Under the pieces are notes generated by a model, which was given only the letters and a program-made list of their open reading frames with translations, was not told the DNA's origin and did not search any database. A stretch of 64,000 bases of DNA from Opitutales bacterium (lineage in GTDB: Bacteria; Verrucomicrobiota; Verrucomicrobiia; Opitutales; PNEW01): the NCBI GenBank assembly GCA_965197745.1, contig CBDANS010000007.1, positions 768,001-832,000 of the forward strand, given 5' to 3'. Below, one piece after another: positions 48,356-58,867 of this stretch (positions within the stretch are counted from its first letter, which is position 1; each line of letters starts with the position of its first letter). The position numbers and the translations under genes were made by a program.

Positions 48356-49978
48356 TTAAACTTCCAGGGCCATGCCACCACTACCGGTGTCCGCGCCGCC
48401 AGCCAGCTTGCCACTTTTAGGGTCGATAGTTATGGCATGGACCAAACCTAATCCACCGTGACTTTCCGGCATTCTTTTAACGGGATGCTTTTTTCGAATT
48501 TCTTCACAAACAAAATCAGGAATACGGGCCTGGCATTTAATTTCATCACCCTCGCAGTCAAATCGGGGTAGATGAACCGCGTCACTAATGCTCATATTAA
48601 AATCAAGCACATTGAGAATCACTTGAAGGATTGAAGTAATAATGCGGGTCGCGCCGGGTGCGCCGATAATAAGGAGTGGTTTGCCGTCCTTATAAATGAT
48701 GGTTGGCGCCATTCCGGTCGTGCGACTTTTACCCGGAGCCATTGAGTTAGGATGACCGGGTAGAGGATGGTAATTGATCATTGAATTATTATACATAAAC
48801 CCCATGCCCGGAGTAATGACTCCCGATGACATACCAAGCGAGTGGGTGAGTGCCACGCAGTTTCCTATGTTATCGACAACACTGACATGCGTGGTGTCTG
48901 GTGATTCAGACGCGGTGGAAGATACATCAATGGGCAGACCGGCGTCGATGTGCTGACGCCACTCATGGGCGCGCTCTTTTGATACCATCCAATCCAGTGG
49001 CACCTCGACGAATGTAGTATCAGCTAAATGTTTATTGCGATCAGCAAAAGCTGCTTTCATTGCCATCGAAACAAGATAAATATAATCGGCGGAGTTATGA
49101 TCAATTGATCCCAGATCATATTCTTCCAGTATGTTAAGAATAGCCAATAAGGTGGGACCGCCATGTGGGGGTAGAACAGTGCTGAGTGTAAAACCGCGAT
49201 ACGTGCCGGTGAGTGCCTCGTCTTCACGGAGCCGGTAGTCTTTTAAATCCTCGTCAGTAACAAAACTGTCATTGGCTTCCAGGTCCTTAATAATACGTTT
49301 TGCTAACGCGCCATCATAAAAGTCATCCGGACCTTCTCTCGCGAGATGTTGCAAGGTGCGAGCGTAGTCTGGATTGCGCAATAGTTCGCCGGCATCGTAA
49401 GGGCTGCCGTCATTTTTCAGGTAAATCCGACTGGCTTCCTTATTTTCCACTATATAGTCAAGCATTGTGGAAGCTTCCGGGAACTTGGCTTTAACTTTCC
49501 ATGAATTTGCCAGGGTAGAATTAACCATAAATCCTTCTTCGGCAATCCGAGCTGCCGGGCCGATTGCCTGCTCCCAGGAAAGGGTGCCCCATCGTTCCAA
49601 CATGGTTGACAAACCTCTAACCGTTCCCGGCGTGCAAATAGCCTGGTATCCGGATTCGTTAACTTTTCCTTCTAAAAAGTAACCCCACCCATCGGGGTTT
49701 GGCCGGATAACCTTATCTTCCCACATTGCGGGATCAACTTTTGACCCGGCTAAAGCAGGGGCGTCCAGGACTATGGTTTCTATAGTTCCATCTGTAGAAA
49801 CGGGTGTCGAATGCAGGGTTAAAAGAATATAACCTCCTACACCGCAACAGTGAGGATCAATGACCGTTTGAACAAAAGCGCAGGTCACGGCCGCATCAAT
49901 AGCATTACCACCGTTCATTAAAACTTTAGCTCCTTCCTCCACTGCTTGTGGTTGCGGCGCGACAATCATATTGTTCAT
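48356..49978 (-). CDS. ggt: gamma-glutamyltransferase
   Basis: GGNAIDAAV, PGTVRGL, catalytic TTHVSVVD, NNSM and GAPGATRI motifs. Confidence 0.92.
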   Translation of the reverse strand: MNNMIVAPQPQAVEEGAKVLMNGGNAIDAAVTCAFVQTVIDPHCCGVGGYILLTLHSTPVSTDGTIETIVLDAPALAGSKVDPAMWEDKVIRPNPDGWGYFLEGKVNESGYQAICTPGTVRGLSTMLERWGTLSWEQAIGPAARIAEEGFMVNSTLANSWKVKAKFPEASTMLDYIVENKEASRIYLKNDGSPYDAGELLRNPDYARTLQHLAREGPDDFYDGALAKRIIKDLEANDSFVTDEDLKDYRLREDEALTGTYRGFTLSTVLPPHGGPTLLAILNILEEYDLGSIDHNSADYIYLVSMAMKAAFADRNKHLADTTFVEVPLDWMVSKERAHEWRQHIDAGLPIDVSSTASESPDTTHVSVVDNIGNCVALTHSLGMSSGVITPGMGFMYNNSMINYHPLPGHPNSMAPGKSRTTGMAPTIIYKDGKPLLIIGAPGATRIITSILQVILNVLDFNMSISDAVHLPRFDCEGDEIKCQARIPDFVCEEIRKKHPVKRMPESHGGLGLVHAITIDPKSGKLAGGADTGSGGMALEV

Positions 49979-50298
49979 TTGGTGTTTCCTTGTTCGATTA
50001 GCGGTCCTTTTTCTAAATATGTTAATATAACATAACGATAGGCATACATTTAAAGGTAAATCGTAAATTTACGTGTAAGGCTACGATCTGCCTTCGTCTC
50101 CCCTCGCAGTCGCCGGAGGACTACGGCATGACAGGCAACGCGTGGCTGCTCCAAAAATGAATCTTACGGCCACAACAACGCGTGGCCCTCCAGAAAAAAT
50201 ATACACCCGGAGAGCCATGCGTCCTGGTGGCTGCTATATCTTTCTCTAAATCTTTTTCTTGTGTTTTATGTGCATTTTGTGCCTTTTGTGGCTATCCT

Positions 50299-52869
50299 AT
50301 GCGATACAGTATATTAGTATTTCTCTTTTTATTAATTACTGTCTGCTTATCTCCCTGGGCAGTTTCCGGTGAAATAAATCCGCCTGATGAATTGTTTAGC
50401 TGGGAAGAATTACCGGACTTGCCATACAAATCTGGTATTGCCGGGGCATTTGTCGGAACAAGCAACGGCGCATTGATAGTTGCGGGTGGGATGAGCACGC
50501 TTCAATCCACAAGTAAAGACGAACAATCCGTCTATCACGATTCAATTTACGTTTTAGAAAAAACAGGGGAAGGAGAATACCGTTGGTTTTCCGAATTTAA
50601 ACTACCGCATCCCGTCTCTCTGGGTGCTTCAGTCGTCACTGATGAAGGCCTTATCTGCCTGGGAGGTCGTGATGAAAACCTTATTTACGATGATGTCTTT
50701 CTTTTGATTTGGAATGCTGAGAACAAAGAGATTGGAATAAAGAATTTACCTTCCCTGCCTTATCGAAGTCATGGTTCAGCAGCAGCCCTTATAGACAATT
50801 CGATCTATATAGCCGGGGGGATGAATGAAAGTGGAATGCTTAAAAACTTCTGGGTCTTAGATCTAACCCCCTCTGAGGAAAATGGCGCTTTACAGTGGCA
50901 GGAACTTCAACCCTGGCCTGGTTTAGAAAGATACGGGGCGGCTCTCATCGCTCAGAATAATGGCTACCACCCTTGTCTCTACCTGTTTAGCGGTAAACAT
51001 GGAGATGATTATCTTAGTGACGCTTATTTTTATGATCCGCGTGAAGATGATTTAAGTAAACGATGGAAGCAAAAAGCGGATATGCCTCGCGCGGCATTTG
51101 GAGCGCCGGCAGCCGCGGTCGGTCAATCGCATATTATGATTTTCAGTGGATCCGATGGTCAAGATATTGACCGGATTGATGAGTCGGGGGACCCATATCA
51201 AATCGAAAATAATATTTTATCCTATCATACGATAACCGATACCTGGGTTACGGTCGGGCACATACCCCAGGGTGCAGTTAAGACAAGTATTGTTCCCCAT
51301 GAAGATGGTTACGTATTGGTGAGCGGAGAAATTTCACCAGGGTTAGAGTCCGCCCGGGTTCTTCTCTTACGCACCAGGAGTATCATCAAGCGGTATTTCC
51401 ATCCTCTCGATTACGCCTCACTTATATTATATCTGGCTGTTTTAATGGGGATGGGATTTTATTTTTCCAGAAGAGAAAAATCGACTAAAGAATATCTGTT
51501 GGCTGGGCAGCGTATTCCATTCTGGGCGGCGGGGTTGAGCATGCTGGCCACGGGTGTTAGTTCCATCGGGTTTATGGCTATTCCCGCGAAAGCATTTGCT
51601 ACTAACTGGGTCTATTTTACCGCAATTGTCGTTTGGTTTATCGCCGTTCCTGTTATTAATAGCTCGATCGTTCCATTTTATCACAAATTGAAAATTACTT
51701 CCGTTTACGAATTTCTTGAAGCAAGATTTAATATTTTTGTTCGTCTCATGGTTGCCGGGATATTCTGTCTTTTTCAAATCCTCGGGCGTATGAGCGTCGT
51801 TCTTTTTCTGCCGGCGCTCGCTCTATCCGCGGTAACCGGCATCGATAAATACACCTGCATTCTTCTCATGGGTGTTTTCGCCACTCTCTATACGGTGATG
51901 GGGGGCATGGAAGCCGTCATCTGGACGGATGTTCTTCAGCTCATTGTTCTTATGGGGGGCGCTATTCTTTGTATCGTCCTCGTCGTTTCAGATATCGATG
52001 GCGGGGTGGGGACTTTCTTTGATGTTGCTTTGACCGACCGCAAGATGACGATGGCCATTTTCAAATGGGATTATACAGAAGCGGTATTATGGGTTGTACT
52101 CCTGAATGCTTTGATCTATCGCCTTTTAAATTTCAGCACTGATCAAACGATCGTTCAGCGAATTATGACGACGACGGATGCAAAAGGAGCGAAAAAAGCG
52201 ATTTGGTGTGATTGCCTGTTTGCCATCCCCTGGTCTTTTATCGCATTTGGTCTGGGGACTGTTCTTTATGTCTATTATAAAACGCATCCCGAACAATTAA
52301 ATCCAACATTAGCGACCGATGCGGTCGTGCCTTTGTTTATTGTTCAAAATGTCCCCATCGGACTCAGTGGTATCATCATTGCCGGAGTATTTGCCGCGGC
52401 GATGTCGAGCCTGGACAGTTCCATGCATAGTACCGCGACAGTCATAGTGACCGATTTCTACAAGCGTTTCAGACCAGCGTCTGCCGATCATCATCTACTT
52501 GTCATCTCACGCTGGCTGACCGGATTGCTCGGAATGTTTGGAACGGGAGCAGCCCTCTGGATGGCAAAGCTGGACAGCTCGTCGATGTGGGATGTATTTA
52601 TAACCGCTTTAAGCCTGTTTGGCGGAGCGATAGGGGGAGTATTTGCGCTCGGCATCTTTACCAATCGCACGAACAGCTTCGGCGTTATTACCAGCACGGT
52701 GCTTAGTGTCATACTATTGTGTTTTGTGAAACTATTTACCGAGATTCATTTTTTCCTTTATTCCTTTGTCGGCATGTCAGTAGGAATTATTTTAGGGTAC
52801 GGCTTGAGTTTCATCACCCCCGGTAAACCGAAATTCGAAGGATTGACGATTCATAGCCTGAAGGGCTGA
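50299..52869 (+). CDS. Kelch-repeat (NanM/mutarotase-like) domain fused to a sodium:solute symporter
   Basis: Signal peptide, Kelch GG repeats (LIVAGG, ICLGG, IYIAGG), then SSS motifs GGMEAVIWTD, DQTIVQR and AAAMSSLDS; start set at ATG 50299, past the repeats. Confidence 0.88.
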   Translation: MRYSILVFLFLLITVCLSPWAVSGEINPPDELFSWEELPDLPYKSGIAGAFVGTSNGALIVAGGMSTLQSTSKDEQSVYHDSIYVLEKTGEGEYRWFSEFKLPHPVSLGASVVTDEGLICLGGRDENLIYDDVFLLIWNAENKEIGIKNLPSLPYRSHGSAAALIDNSIYIAGGMNESGMLKNFWVLDLTPSEENGALQWQELQPWPGLERYGAALIAQNNGYHPCLYLFSGKHGDDYLSDAYFYDPREDDLSKRWKQKADMPRAAFGAPAAAVGQSHIMIFSGSDGQDIDRIDESGDPYQIENNILSYHTITDTWVTVGHIPQGAVKTSIVPHEDGYVLVSGEISPGLESARVLLLRTRSIIKRYFHPLDYASLILYLAVLMGMGFYFSRREKSTKEYLLAGQRIPFWAAGLSMLATGVSSIGFMAIPAKAFATNWVYFTAIVVWFIAVPVINSSIVPFYHKLKITSVYEFLEARFNIFVRLMVAGIFCLFQILGRMSVVLFLPALALSAVTGIDKYTCILLMGVFATLYTVMGGMEAVIWTDVLQLIVLMGGAILCIVLVVSDIDGGVGTFFDVALTDRKMTMAIFKWDYTEAVLWVVLLNALIYRLLNFSTDQTIVQRIMTTTDAKGAKKAIWCDCLFAIPWSFIAFGLGTVLYVYYKTHPEQLNPTLATDAVVPLFIVQNVPIGLSGIIIAGVFAAAMSSLDSSMHSTATVIVTDFYKRFRPASADHHLLVISRWLTGLLGMFGTGAALWMAKLDSSSMWDVFITALSLFGGAIGGVFALGIFTNRTNSFGVITSTVLSVILLCFVKLFTEIHFFLYSFVGMSVGIILGYGLSFITPGKPKFEGLTIHSLKG

Positions 52870-52946
52870 TAAAAAATCGATAGATTTTTTGTGTTAAGTT
52901 TTAAGTAAGAAGGATTAGATTTCTCTATGACTAAACTCAGAGCAGT

Positions 52947-52970
52947 CCCTTCGACTGCGCTCAGGGCAGG
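52947..52970. repeat. short palindromic repeat CCCTTCGACTGCGCTCAGGGCAGG
   Basis: CCCT...AGGG hairpin of a dispersed-repeat type; single copy in this window. Confidence 0.5.
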
Positions 52971-53037
52971 TTGGGTTCGGAGATTGATCGAAATCGATTG
53001 ACCCCTCTCGCTCTACATTAGAGCGTATGAAGATTCG

Positions 53038-53892
53038 ATGAAAACTTTTGACATCGACCACCATACAAACGAACTTGAACACGAGGGATATACTATTCTC
53101 CACGATGTTATGTCGAAGTCGGAGCTCGATGCGACGAAACAGGCGATTGAAGAGACGTTGAATGCTGAAGAAACCCTTGGTCGCAAGTATGGATTACAGA
53201 ATGAAAACCTGCGGATGTCATTCAATGTCCAAAGCAAGCACCCTCATTTCTGTGGTATGCCCCTGCGTAGTCCGGAACCGGTTGAGGTCGCTCGAAGTGT
53301 GTTAGGTAAAGACATGTTCGCGCACGATGTCACAATCCGGACGCCATTACCGACCGGCAAAAAGAACTGGAGCAAGTATGGGGGAAATCTGCACACGGAC
53401 TGGCCCGATTTCACCGTAAAACCTTTCATCGGTGGCAAGCATTACCCAATGGCTATACAGTCCGTATGGGCGGTGTCTGAATTCACCGAAGAGACCGGGG
53501 GCCCGATGATCTGGCCGAGATCCCATATGTCACTTAAAGTCCCCCCCGAAGAACCTGATAATTTACCGCCGGGTTGGATTATTGCTGAAGCACCGGCAGG
53601 TTCTGTTGTCATGTGGGATTCAGGTCTTTGGCATACCGGTGGGGTCAACTGCAGTGACAGACCGAGGTATTCGCTTATCTTTTACTTTCAGCGATGGTGG
53701 ATCAAGGGTTTCAACGATTCTTACCGCTTTGTCTCACCTGAGGTGCGCACTGCGATGACTGAAGAAGAATGCAGGATGTGGGGCCTTGAGGCAGGGATTC
53801 CGCCTAATACCCATCTTCGAGGGATGAGCACTGAGCAGATAGCTGCATTGACACCTGAAGAAAAGGCAGTGTTAAATATCGCTCCTTACTAA
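53038..53892 (+). CDS. phytanoyl-CoA dioxygenase family (Fe/2OG)
   Basis: LHTD, WPRSH, GSVVMWDSGLWH and R motifs. Confidence 0.88.
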   Translation: MKTFDIDHHTNELEHEGYTILHDVMSKSELDATKQAIEETLNAEETLGRKYGLQNENLRMSFNVQSKHPHFCGMPLRSPEPVEVARSVLGKDMFAHDVTIRTPLPTGKKNWSKYGGNLHTDWPDFTVKPFIGGKHYPMAIQSVWAVSEFTEETGGPMIWPRSHMSLKVPPEEPDNLPPGWIIAEAPAGSVVMWDSGLWHTGGVNCSDRPRYSLIFYFQRWWIKGFNDSYRFVSPEVRTAMTEEECRMWGLEAGIPPNTHLRGMSTEQIAALTPEEKAVLNIAPY

Positions 53893-53910
53893 GCAAACTG
53901 CGAATTTATT

Positions 53911-54606
53911 ATGGACAAAAATTCTATACCCAAAGTAGTCGAGGATCTACGCGGATACGACAGCGCAACCATTTCTAATGCTATCGAACATTTCGAGGTA
54001 CGGGATCCCACGATGGGCTTTGCCAATAATGAATTGATCTGTCAGTTTCCTGAAATCGGTACACCGATGGTCGGCTACGCGCTTACCGCGACAGCCGATT
54101 CCACTACACCCGGCGACAAAAGAACGTCACGAGTAGACGATCTTGCTGGCCATATCGATGCGGCACCCAATCCTGTCATCCTCGTAGTACAGCATGTCGG
54201 ACATGATCGCAAACGCTGCTGTTTATTTGGGGACATGTTTTGCACCTTTGCTGAAAGGCTTGGCATGGTTGGGGTCGTTACCGATGCCAATTGCCGAGAC
54301 CGAACAGCGATCCGCAAGCGCACACCTGATTTCCATGTATTTTCTGCTGGATGGGTTGTATCACACGGATACGGCGCCTTCCTCGACTTCAACGTTAATA
54401 TTGAAGTCGGAGGACTGACCGTTGCCCCAGGTGACCTGTTGCACGGTGATGAGAGTGGGCTGGTCTCTGTCCCAAAAGACATCGCCGATGATGTTGCAAA
54501 ACGTGCAAAGGACGTCCTTCAGGAAGAAGCCGATTTCTTTAAATTTTTGAAAAGCGATGAATTTACCCTGGAAAAACTCCAGCGTCGAGTTATCCCGCAT
54601 GATTGA
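53911..54606 (+). CDS. RraA family / HMG aldolase-like protein
   Basis: DSATISNAIE, FGD, GVVTD..CRD and PGDLLHGDESG motifs. Confidence 0.88.
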   Translation: MDKNSIPKVVEDLRGYDSATISNAIEHFEVRDPTMGFANNELICQFPEIGTPMVGYALTATADSTTPGDKRTSRVDDLAGHIDAAPNPVILVVQHVGHDRKRCCLFGDMFCTFAERLGMVGVVTDANCRDRTAIRKRTPDFHVFSAGWVVSHGYGAFLDFNVNIEVGGLTVAPGDLLHGDESGLVSVPKDIADDVAKRAKDVLQEEADFFKFLKSDEFTLEKLQRRVIPHD

Positions 54607-54610
54607 ATGG

Positions 54611-54688
54611 AGTCAAAGGTCGAAGGTCAAAAGTCAAAAGCAAATTGTGAAATTCCGACCTTCTACTTTAGACCTTGGACATTAGACT
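54611..54688. repeat. minimal family-A inverted array pair between convergent genes
   Basis: gtcaaaggtcgaaggtcaaaagtcaaaag ... ccgaccttctactttagaccttggacattagac. Confidence 0.8.
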
Positions 54689-54694
54689 CTTTCC

Positions 54695-55570
54695 TTAATG
54701 CCGTATCTTCTCCTGCAAGGCAGCGGTTTCTTCCATTTGCTTCATAAACGGAAGCGTCTGACGCACGAGTGTTTTCCAGTCGGGTAATGCGGGAATACTG
54801 TCCAACGCCAGATAACCACTGAACCCAATCTCGTTCAGAGTGCGGATCACGTCGAGGAAATCGATGTGCCCGGTCCCGGGTGCCTGCCGGTTGCTGTCGG
54901 CCAGGTGGATATGGTATAGACGGTCGCCCGCCCGCCGCAACGCTTCAGTGATCGGACCCTCCTCCATGTTGACGTGAAAAAAGTCGGCCAGGATATAGAG
55001 GTTGTCCATCGCTAATTGTTCCACTAGTCCCATCACTTCCGGAATAGTATTCATAAATCCGGAATATGATTCGAATCGGTTTATCGGCTCGATCGCAATA
55101 TTCACGTTACGCTCCGCGGCGTACTTTGTGATATCTTCTGTCGTACGTAAGAAATTCTCGCGTAGGTCGTTATATGGTATGCTCGTGCGCGGGTATCCTG
55201 ATTCGACTGGGCAGGGCACAATCTCATAGCAGGGTGGCTCCTCGAACGTGGCCGCCAGATCGACACACTTCTTTGCGTATTGGACGGCATTAGCGCGGAT
55301 CGCCGCATCGGGAGAGGCTAAATTCCGCTCTTCCCCTGCGTGCCAGTAACCCCAGGCGCCAACGAGAAACGGGATCTTCAGCCCGAGGGAAGTGGCCATA
55401 TCTCGAACCTCGTTGAATTGCTCTTCAGGAATTCGATCCGGTTCCGCATCGAGGTCGACACCATTGTATCCCGCTTCCGCAACTGTCTCCAACACTTCGC
55501 GGGGGTTCTTCCAGACATCCCCACCATCGGCGGCAAGGGTGCAAAGGATGACTGAATATTTATGGCTCAT
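54695..55570 (-). CDS. sugar phosphate isomerase/epimerase (ketose 3-epimerase-like)
   Basis: IEPINRFE, DFFHVNMEE and HIHLADSNR.APGTGHIDF motifs. Confidence 0.88.
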   Translation of the reverse strand: MSHKYSVILCTLAADGGDVWKNPREVLETVAEAGYNGVDLDAEPDRIPEEQFNEVRDMATSLGLKIPFLVGAWGYWHAGEERNLASPDAAIRANAVQYAKKCVDLAATFEEPPCYEIVPCPVESGYPRTSIPYNDLRENFLRTTEDITKYAAERNVNIAIEPINRFESYSGFMNTIPEVMGLVEQLAMDNLYILADFFHVNMEEGPITEALRRAGDRLYHIHLADSNRQAPGTGHIDFLDVIRTLNEIGFSGYLALDSIPALPDWKTLVRQTLPFMKQMEETAALQEKIRH

Positions 55571-55741
55571 GATCTTGTTCCCTGGGATCGACAAGTGTGG
55601 CTTGCCTTATAACTCATGTCAAGGGGTTGGGTGTTTGGTCTAATTGAAGTGAGTTCAGAGAAATCATCGTCTTCGCCCATACCTGTCTAAATACTTAAAT
55701 TTATAGGTAGTATAATTAAGACTATTTTTCAAACTACCCAA

Positions 55742-55960
55742 CAGACGCGACGACGCGCGTCCCTCCAGAAAAGAACAAATGGGAGGGCCACGCGTCGTCG
55801 TGGCCGCTTAGGAGAATGATCATACAATTGAGATAAATTTAAATAGGATAAAGATTATACTCAAGACACTTTCATTTTTGTGTATCTTGTGCTTTTGGAA
55901 GATGTCGCCCTGCTATTGCAGGACTCGGAAGTGGCTATCAAATCGTGGACGAAATCGAAG
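55742..55960. repeat. REP-containing composite repeat with micro-insert
   Basis: Inverted REP pair (55742, 55781); 10-mer array carrying a 34-nt insert at 55898-55931. Confidence 0.8.
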
Positions 55961-55969
55961 CTTGACTGC

Positions 55970-56746
55970 TCAAACAAGCTTATCGTCAGCTGAATCCTGT
56001 GGCTCGAATCCGACAGTCTCGCGGGCGTGGGTGATGTCGCGGTAACTCCATTTGTTATTCGATACGCCGTAAAAAATATCGTATTTCAAACTTTCTGGTG
56101 CTTCGATGCATTTTTCTACTAATTGTGCAATGTCACGCTGGCTGCACCAGATTGCATTCTGTCTTGTTTGAAGGGGCCGATCTTCACGGTTAACTCCACC
56201 TATGCGCAGGCAGATGATGGAGAGGTCGGTGGTGTCAGTGAAATGACGTGCCAGAGCCTCACCCCAAACTTTGCTCGCTCCATAAAGACCAATAGGACGC
56301 GTAACTGATTCATGCGTCATCATCTCCCAGGAGTCAGGAGCTTCATCATAATTTCCTTCAGCAATCGCCTTATAGGGATTCTCTTTTTCCCAACCGGCAA
56401 TGGTCGCACCACTACTGGCTGATATAATACGTTTAACCCCGACCTGTCTTGACGCCTCAAAGACATTGTAGGTGCCAATTACATTAGCATTGTGAATTTT
56501 ATCCCAGGTTGCGCCTAATTTCGCGAATGCTGCCATATGAACTACGACATCTTGGCCTTCAAATGCCGGTCGTATCGCATCAAGGTCGGCAATATCAGCC
56601 TGGTGACATTTAACTCCAGGCACATCACTGCGGTTGAGCGCGCTGAGTTCATACTTGCCCTCTAATTGTTTACGCACAGCGCCACCGATGAGCCCGCTCA
56701 TTCCCGTTATCAATACACTTTTATTATTCATTTTCTTCTCCTTCAA
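55970..56746 (-). CDS. NAD-dependent epimerase/dehydratase (uronate dehydrogenase-like)
   Basis: ITGMSGLIG, YGASKVWGEAL, CLRIG, W.S.RD and YGVSNN motifs. Confidence 0.85.
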   Translation of the reverse strand: MKEKKMNNKSVLITGMSGLIGGAVRKQLEGKYELSALNRSDVPGVKCHQADIADLDAIRPAFEGQDVVVHMAAFAKLGATWDKIHNANVIGTYNVFEASRQVGVKRIISASSGATIAGWEKENPYKAIAEGNYDEAPDSWEMMTHESVTRPIGLYGASKVWGEALARHFTDTTDLSIICLRIGGVNREDRPLQTRQNAIWCSQRDIAQLVEKCIEAPESLKYDIFYGVSNNKWSYRDITHARETVGFEPQDSADDKLV

Positions 56747-56778
56747 TCCCTTGATTTAAACCCCTTTGACCCTGTAAA

Positions 56779-57465
56779 CTACATAATCCCGTAGGTATCG
56801 AAAGCTTCCTGGGAGGGCATTCCCTCTTCAATAGATTTTCGGACCAGGTTCTCTCCTCTAACTTTTTCCAGCGCACTATTCACTACATCCTCTTCATGCT
56901 CGTGAGGAATAATGACAACGCCATCCAAATCACCGAAAACAATGTCTCCAGGGCTCACCTCAACTCTGTTTGAAAACATAATTTTACAACGAAAGTCGAC
57001 GACCCGACCACGAATGCCCTGGTCCTGCGCAAAACGCCCGGTGGAAAAAGCAGGAAAATTTAAGGCCAGGATTCCTTTGCTGTCGCGACTCACGCCGCCA
57101 ACTACCGCTCCCGCGGCTTTCTGTTTCAGCGCGCGAACACTCATGAGTTCTCCCCAGAGGGCGTAGGTCGGTGAAGCCCCGGTGGCGATATAAACTTCAC
57201 AGGTATTTAAATCGTCCAGGGCTTTAAACATTAAACCATAGGGCTTATCACGGCCCTTCTCGAAAGGTACCTGTTCACTGTAATCCGCTTCCTGTACGGG
57301 CATCGCTCTGCCAGCGACAATCATATCATCGCGCAGAGGCTGAATCTCCTTAGGTAAAAATTGACGGGTTAAATCCATATCATCCATGACATCTCCAACT
57401 ACAGCCGGAAATAACTCCCGCTTGAGAAGATCCATAAGTTCGGTATCGTTATTCCAGTCTGCCAT
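56779..57465 (-). CDS. RraA family / HMG aldolase-like protein
   Basis: AVVGDVMD, ALWGELM, GAVV.G..RD and PGDIVFGDLDGVV motifs. Confidence 0.9.
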   Translation of the reverse strand: MADWNNDTELMDLLKRELFPAVVGDVMDDMDLTRQFLPKEIQPLRDDMIVAGRAMPVQEADYSEQVPFEKGRDKPYGLMFKALDDLNTCEVYIATGASPTYALWGELMSVRALKQKAAGAVVGGVSRDSKGILALNFPAFSTGRFAQDQGIRGRVVDFRCKIMFSNRVEVSPGDIVFGDLDGVVIIPHEHEEDVVNSALEKVRGENLVRKSIEEGMPSQEAFDTYGIM

Positions 57466-57492
57466 ATCCTGTGGGTGATTTTTGATTATAAT

Positions 57493-58734
57493 TCAATGAG
57501 AGGTCAAGCGATCTGCGCTTGCCATTCCGGTGAGTGTCGATGTCAATTCTTTTACATCTATTGATTGCTTTTGTAATGGACGGCAATTCATCGTCGCTGA
57601 GGTCTCTCTAAATCCTGAACCGCTGACCATGGCTACGACACTATCCTGGGATTGGACTTTTCCTGAATTTAATAATTTACTCACTCCTGCAAGGCAAGCG
57701 CCGCTCGATGGTTCTATATACAGTCCCTCCTTATGGCCAATTTCCTGTTGTGCGTTCAGTGCTTCTTCATCGGTGACAGAGATAAAATAGCCCTGCGATG
57801 CTTTCACCGCACGCGGTGCTTCAAGCTGATCGGGAGGGTAAGGATGCGCCAATTTTACGAGTACTGATGGTGGTGAATCTTTAAAGGGCATGGCCATTAC
57901 CTCTTCCCAATTCGATATTCCCTTATCCAATGCGACTTCCAAGGCATTGTAATCCCGGGGGACTACACCGATCATTTTCGGACAGAATGGTATAACTTTT
58001 AATTTTTTTAGATCATCAAAACCCCGCCAGATTCCCGAGATACTCCCACCGCCACCAACCGGGACTACCATCCACTCCGGTGCGCGACCCAATTGTTCGA
58101 CAATTTCAAAGGCGATCGTTTTATTACCCTCACTTTGGTAGGGATTTGAATTTCTACTCGTGGAGGTAATATAGAGTCCTTGCTCGCGGCAGATATCAGC
58201 GACTTGATTTACAACCATGTCAATTTCACCGTTGACTTCCAGGAGGGTAGCGCCCAGCGCGAACAGAGGGTACAATCTTTCGGCCGGTGTCCCCTCACAC
58301 ATCACAATTACACTGCGCATTCCGGCGCGAGCCGACAATGCCGCGTTGGAAATGCCTGCGCTACCGGTCGAGACAATAAAGGAGACCTGAGCGTCGATAC
58401 TTTTCCCATGATTAATGGCTACGGACAGCGAGCGATCCTTATGTGACCCGGTGGGATTGCGCGTTTCGTCTTTTACATAAAAATTATGGTTGGCAAAGGC
58501 AGGACACGAAAGCAAAGGGGTCCCCCCCTCATCAAGGGTTACTATATTTTCGGGATTTTGAATCGGTAAAAGAGGCCAATAGCGCCACATGTTTTCGCTG
58601 TAGCGATCATCCCATTTAACAGCGTCATAATTATAGCGGAAGCTGAGAAGACCATTGCAGCCAGTGCAAACCATCGACGCGGGATCGGTTTCTTCCCGTT
58701 CACATTCAATACATATTTTTTGAAAGTGGCTCAT
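57493..58734 (-). CDS. threonine synthase-like PLP-dependent enzyme
   Basis: N-terminal CxxC...CxxC, EGGTPL, NPTGSHKDR, EGNKT, PVGGGG and EPSS motifs. Confidence 0.85.
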   Translation of the reverse strand: MSHFQKICIECEREETDPASMVCTGCNGLLSFRYNYDAVKWDDRYSENMWRYWPLLPIQNPENIVTLDEGGTPLLSCPAFANHNFYVKDETRNPTGSHKDRSLSVAINHGKSIDAQVSFIVSTGSAGISNAALSARAGMRSVIVMCEGTPAERLYPLFALGATLLEVNGEIDMVVNQVADICREQGLYITSTSRNSNPYQSEGNKTIAFEIVEQLGRAPEWMVVPVGGGGSISGIWRGFDDLKKLKVIPFCPKMIGVVPRDYNALEVALDKGISNWEEVMAMPFKDSPPSVLVKLAHPYPPDQLEAPRAVKASQGYFISVTDEEALNAQQEIGHKEGLYIEPSSGACLAGVSKLLNSGKVQSQDSVVAMVSGSGFRETSATMNCRPLQKQSIDVKELTSTLTGMASADRLTSH

Positions 58735-58867
58735 CGGTAATAATTATTTCAAACAGTCTCCCGGTGGCGGAGACTGTGCCGGGTTACACAAAAGCTAGAA
58801 GTGAACTAAGACACAGAAAAAGCAAGAGAGATTTTAGAGGAAGAGCCCGTGTCATCTCGCGGAAAGT

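Noticed and set aside
50182..50298. N-terminal extensions of ORFs 50182, 17112, 37682 and 4066
   Set aside because: The extensions run through REP/array or IS sequence; downstream ATGs give family-typical N-termini (for 4066 the native start is lost).
58753..58777. Hairpin ACAGTCTCC-N7-GGAGACTGT upstream of the threonine synthase-like gene as an attenuator or riboswitch
   Set aside because: No Thr-rich leader peptide or recognisable aptamer; a single hairpin is insufficient evidence.
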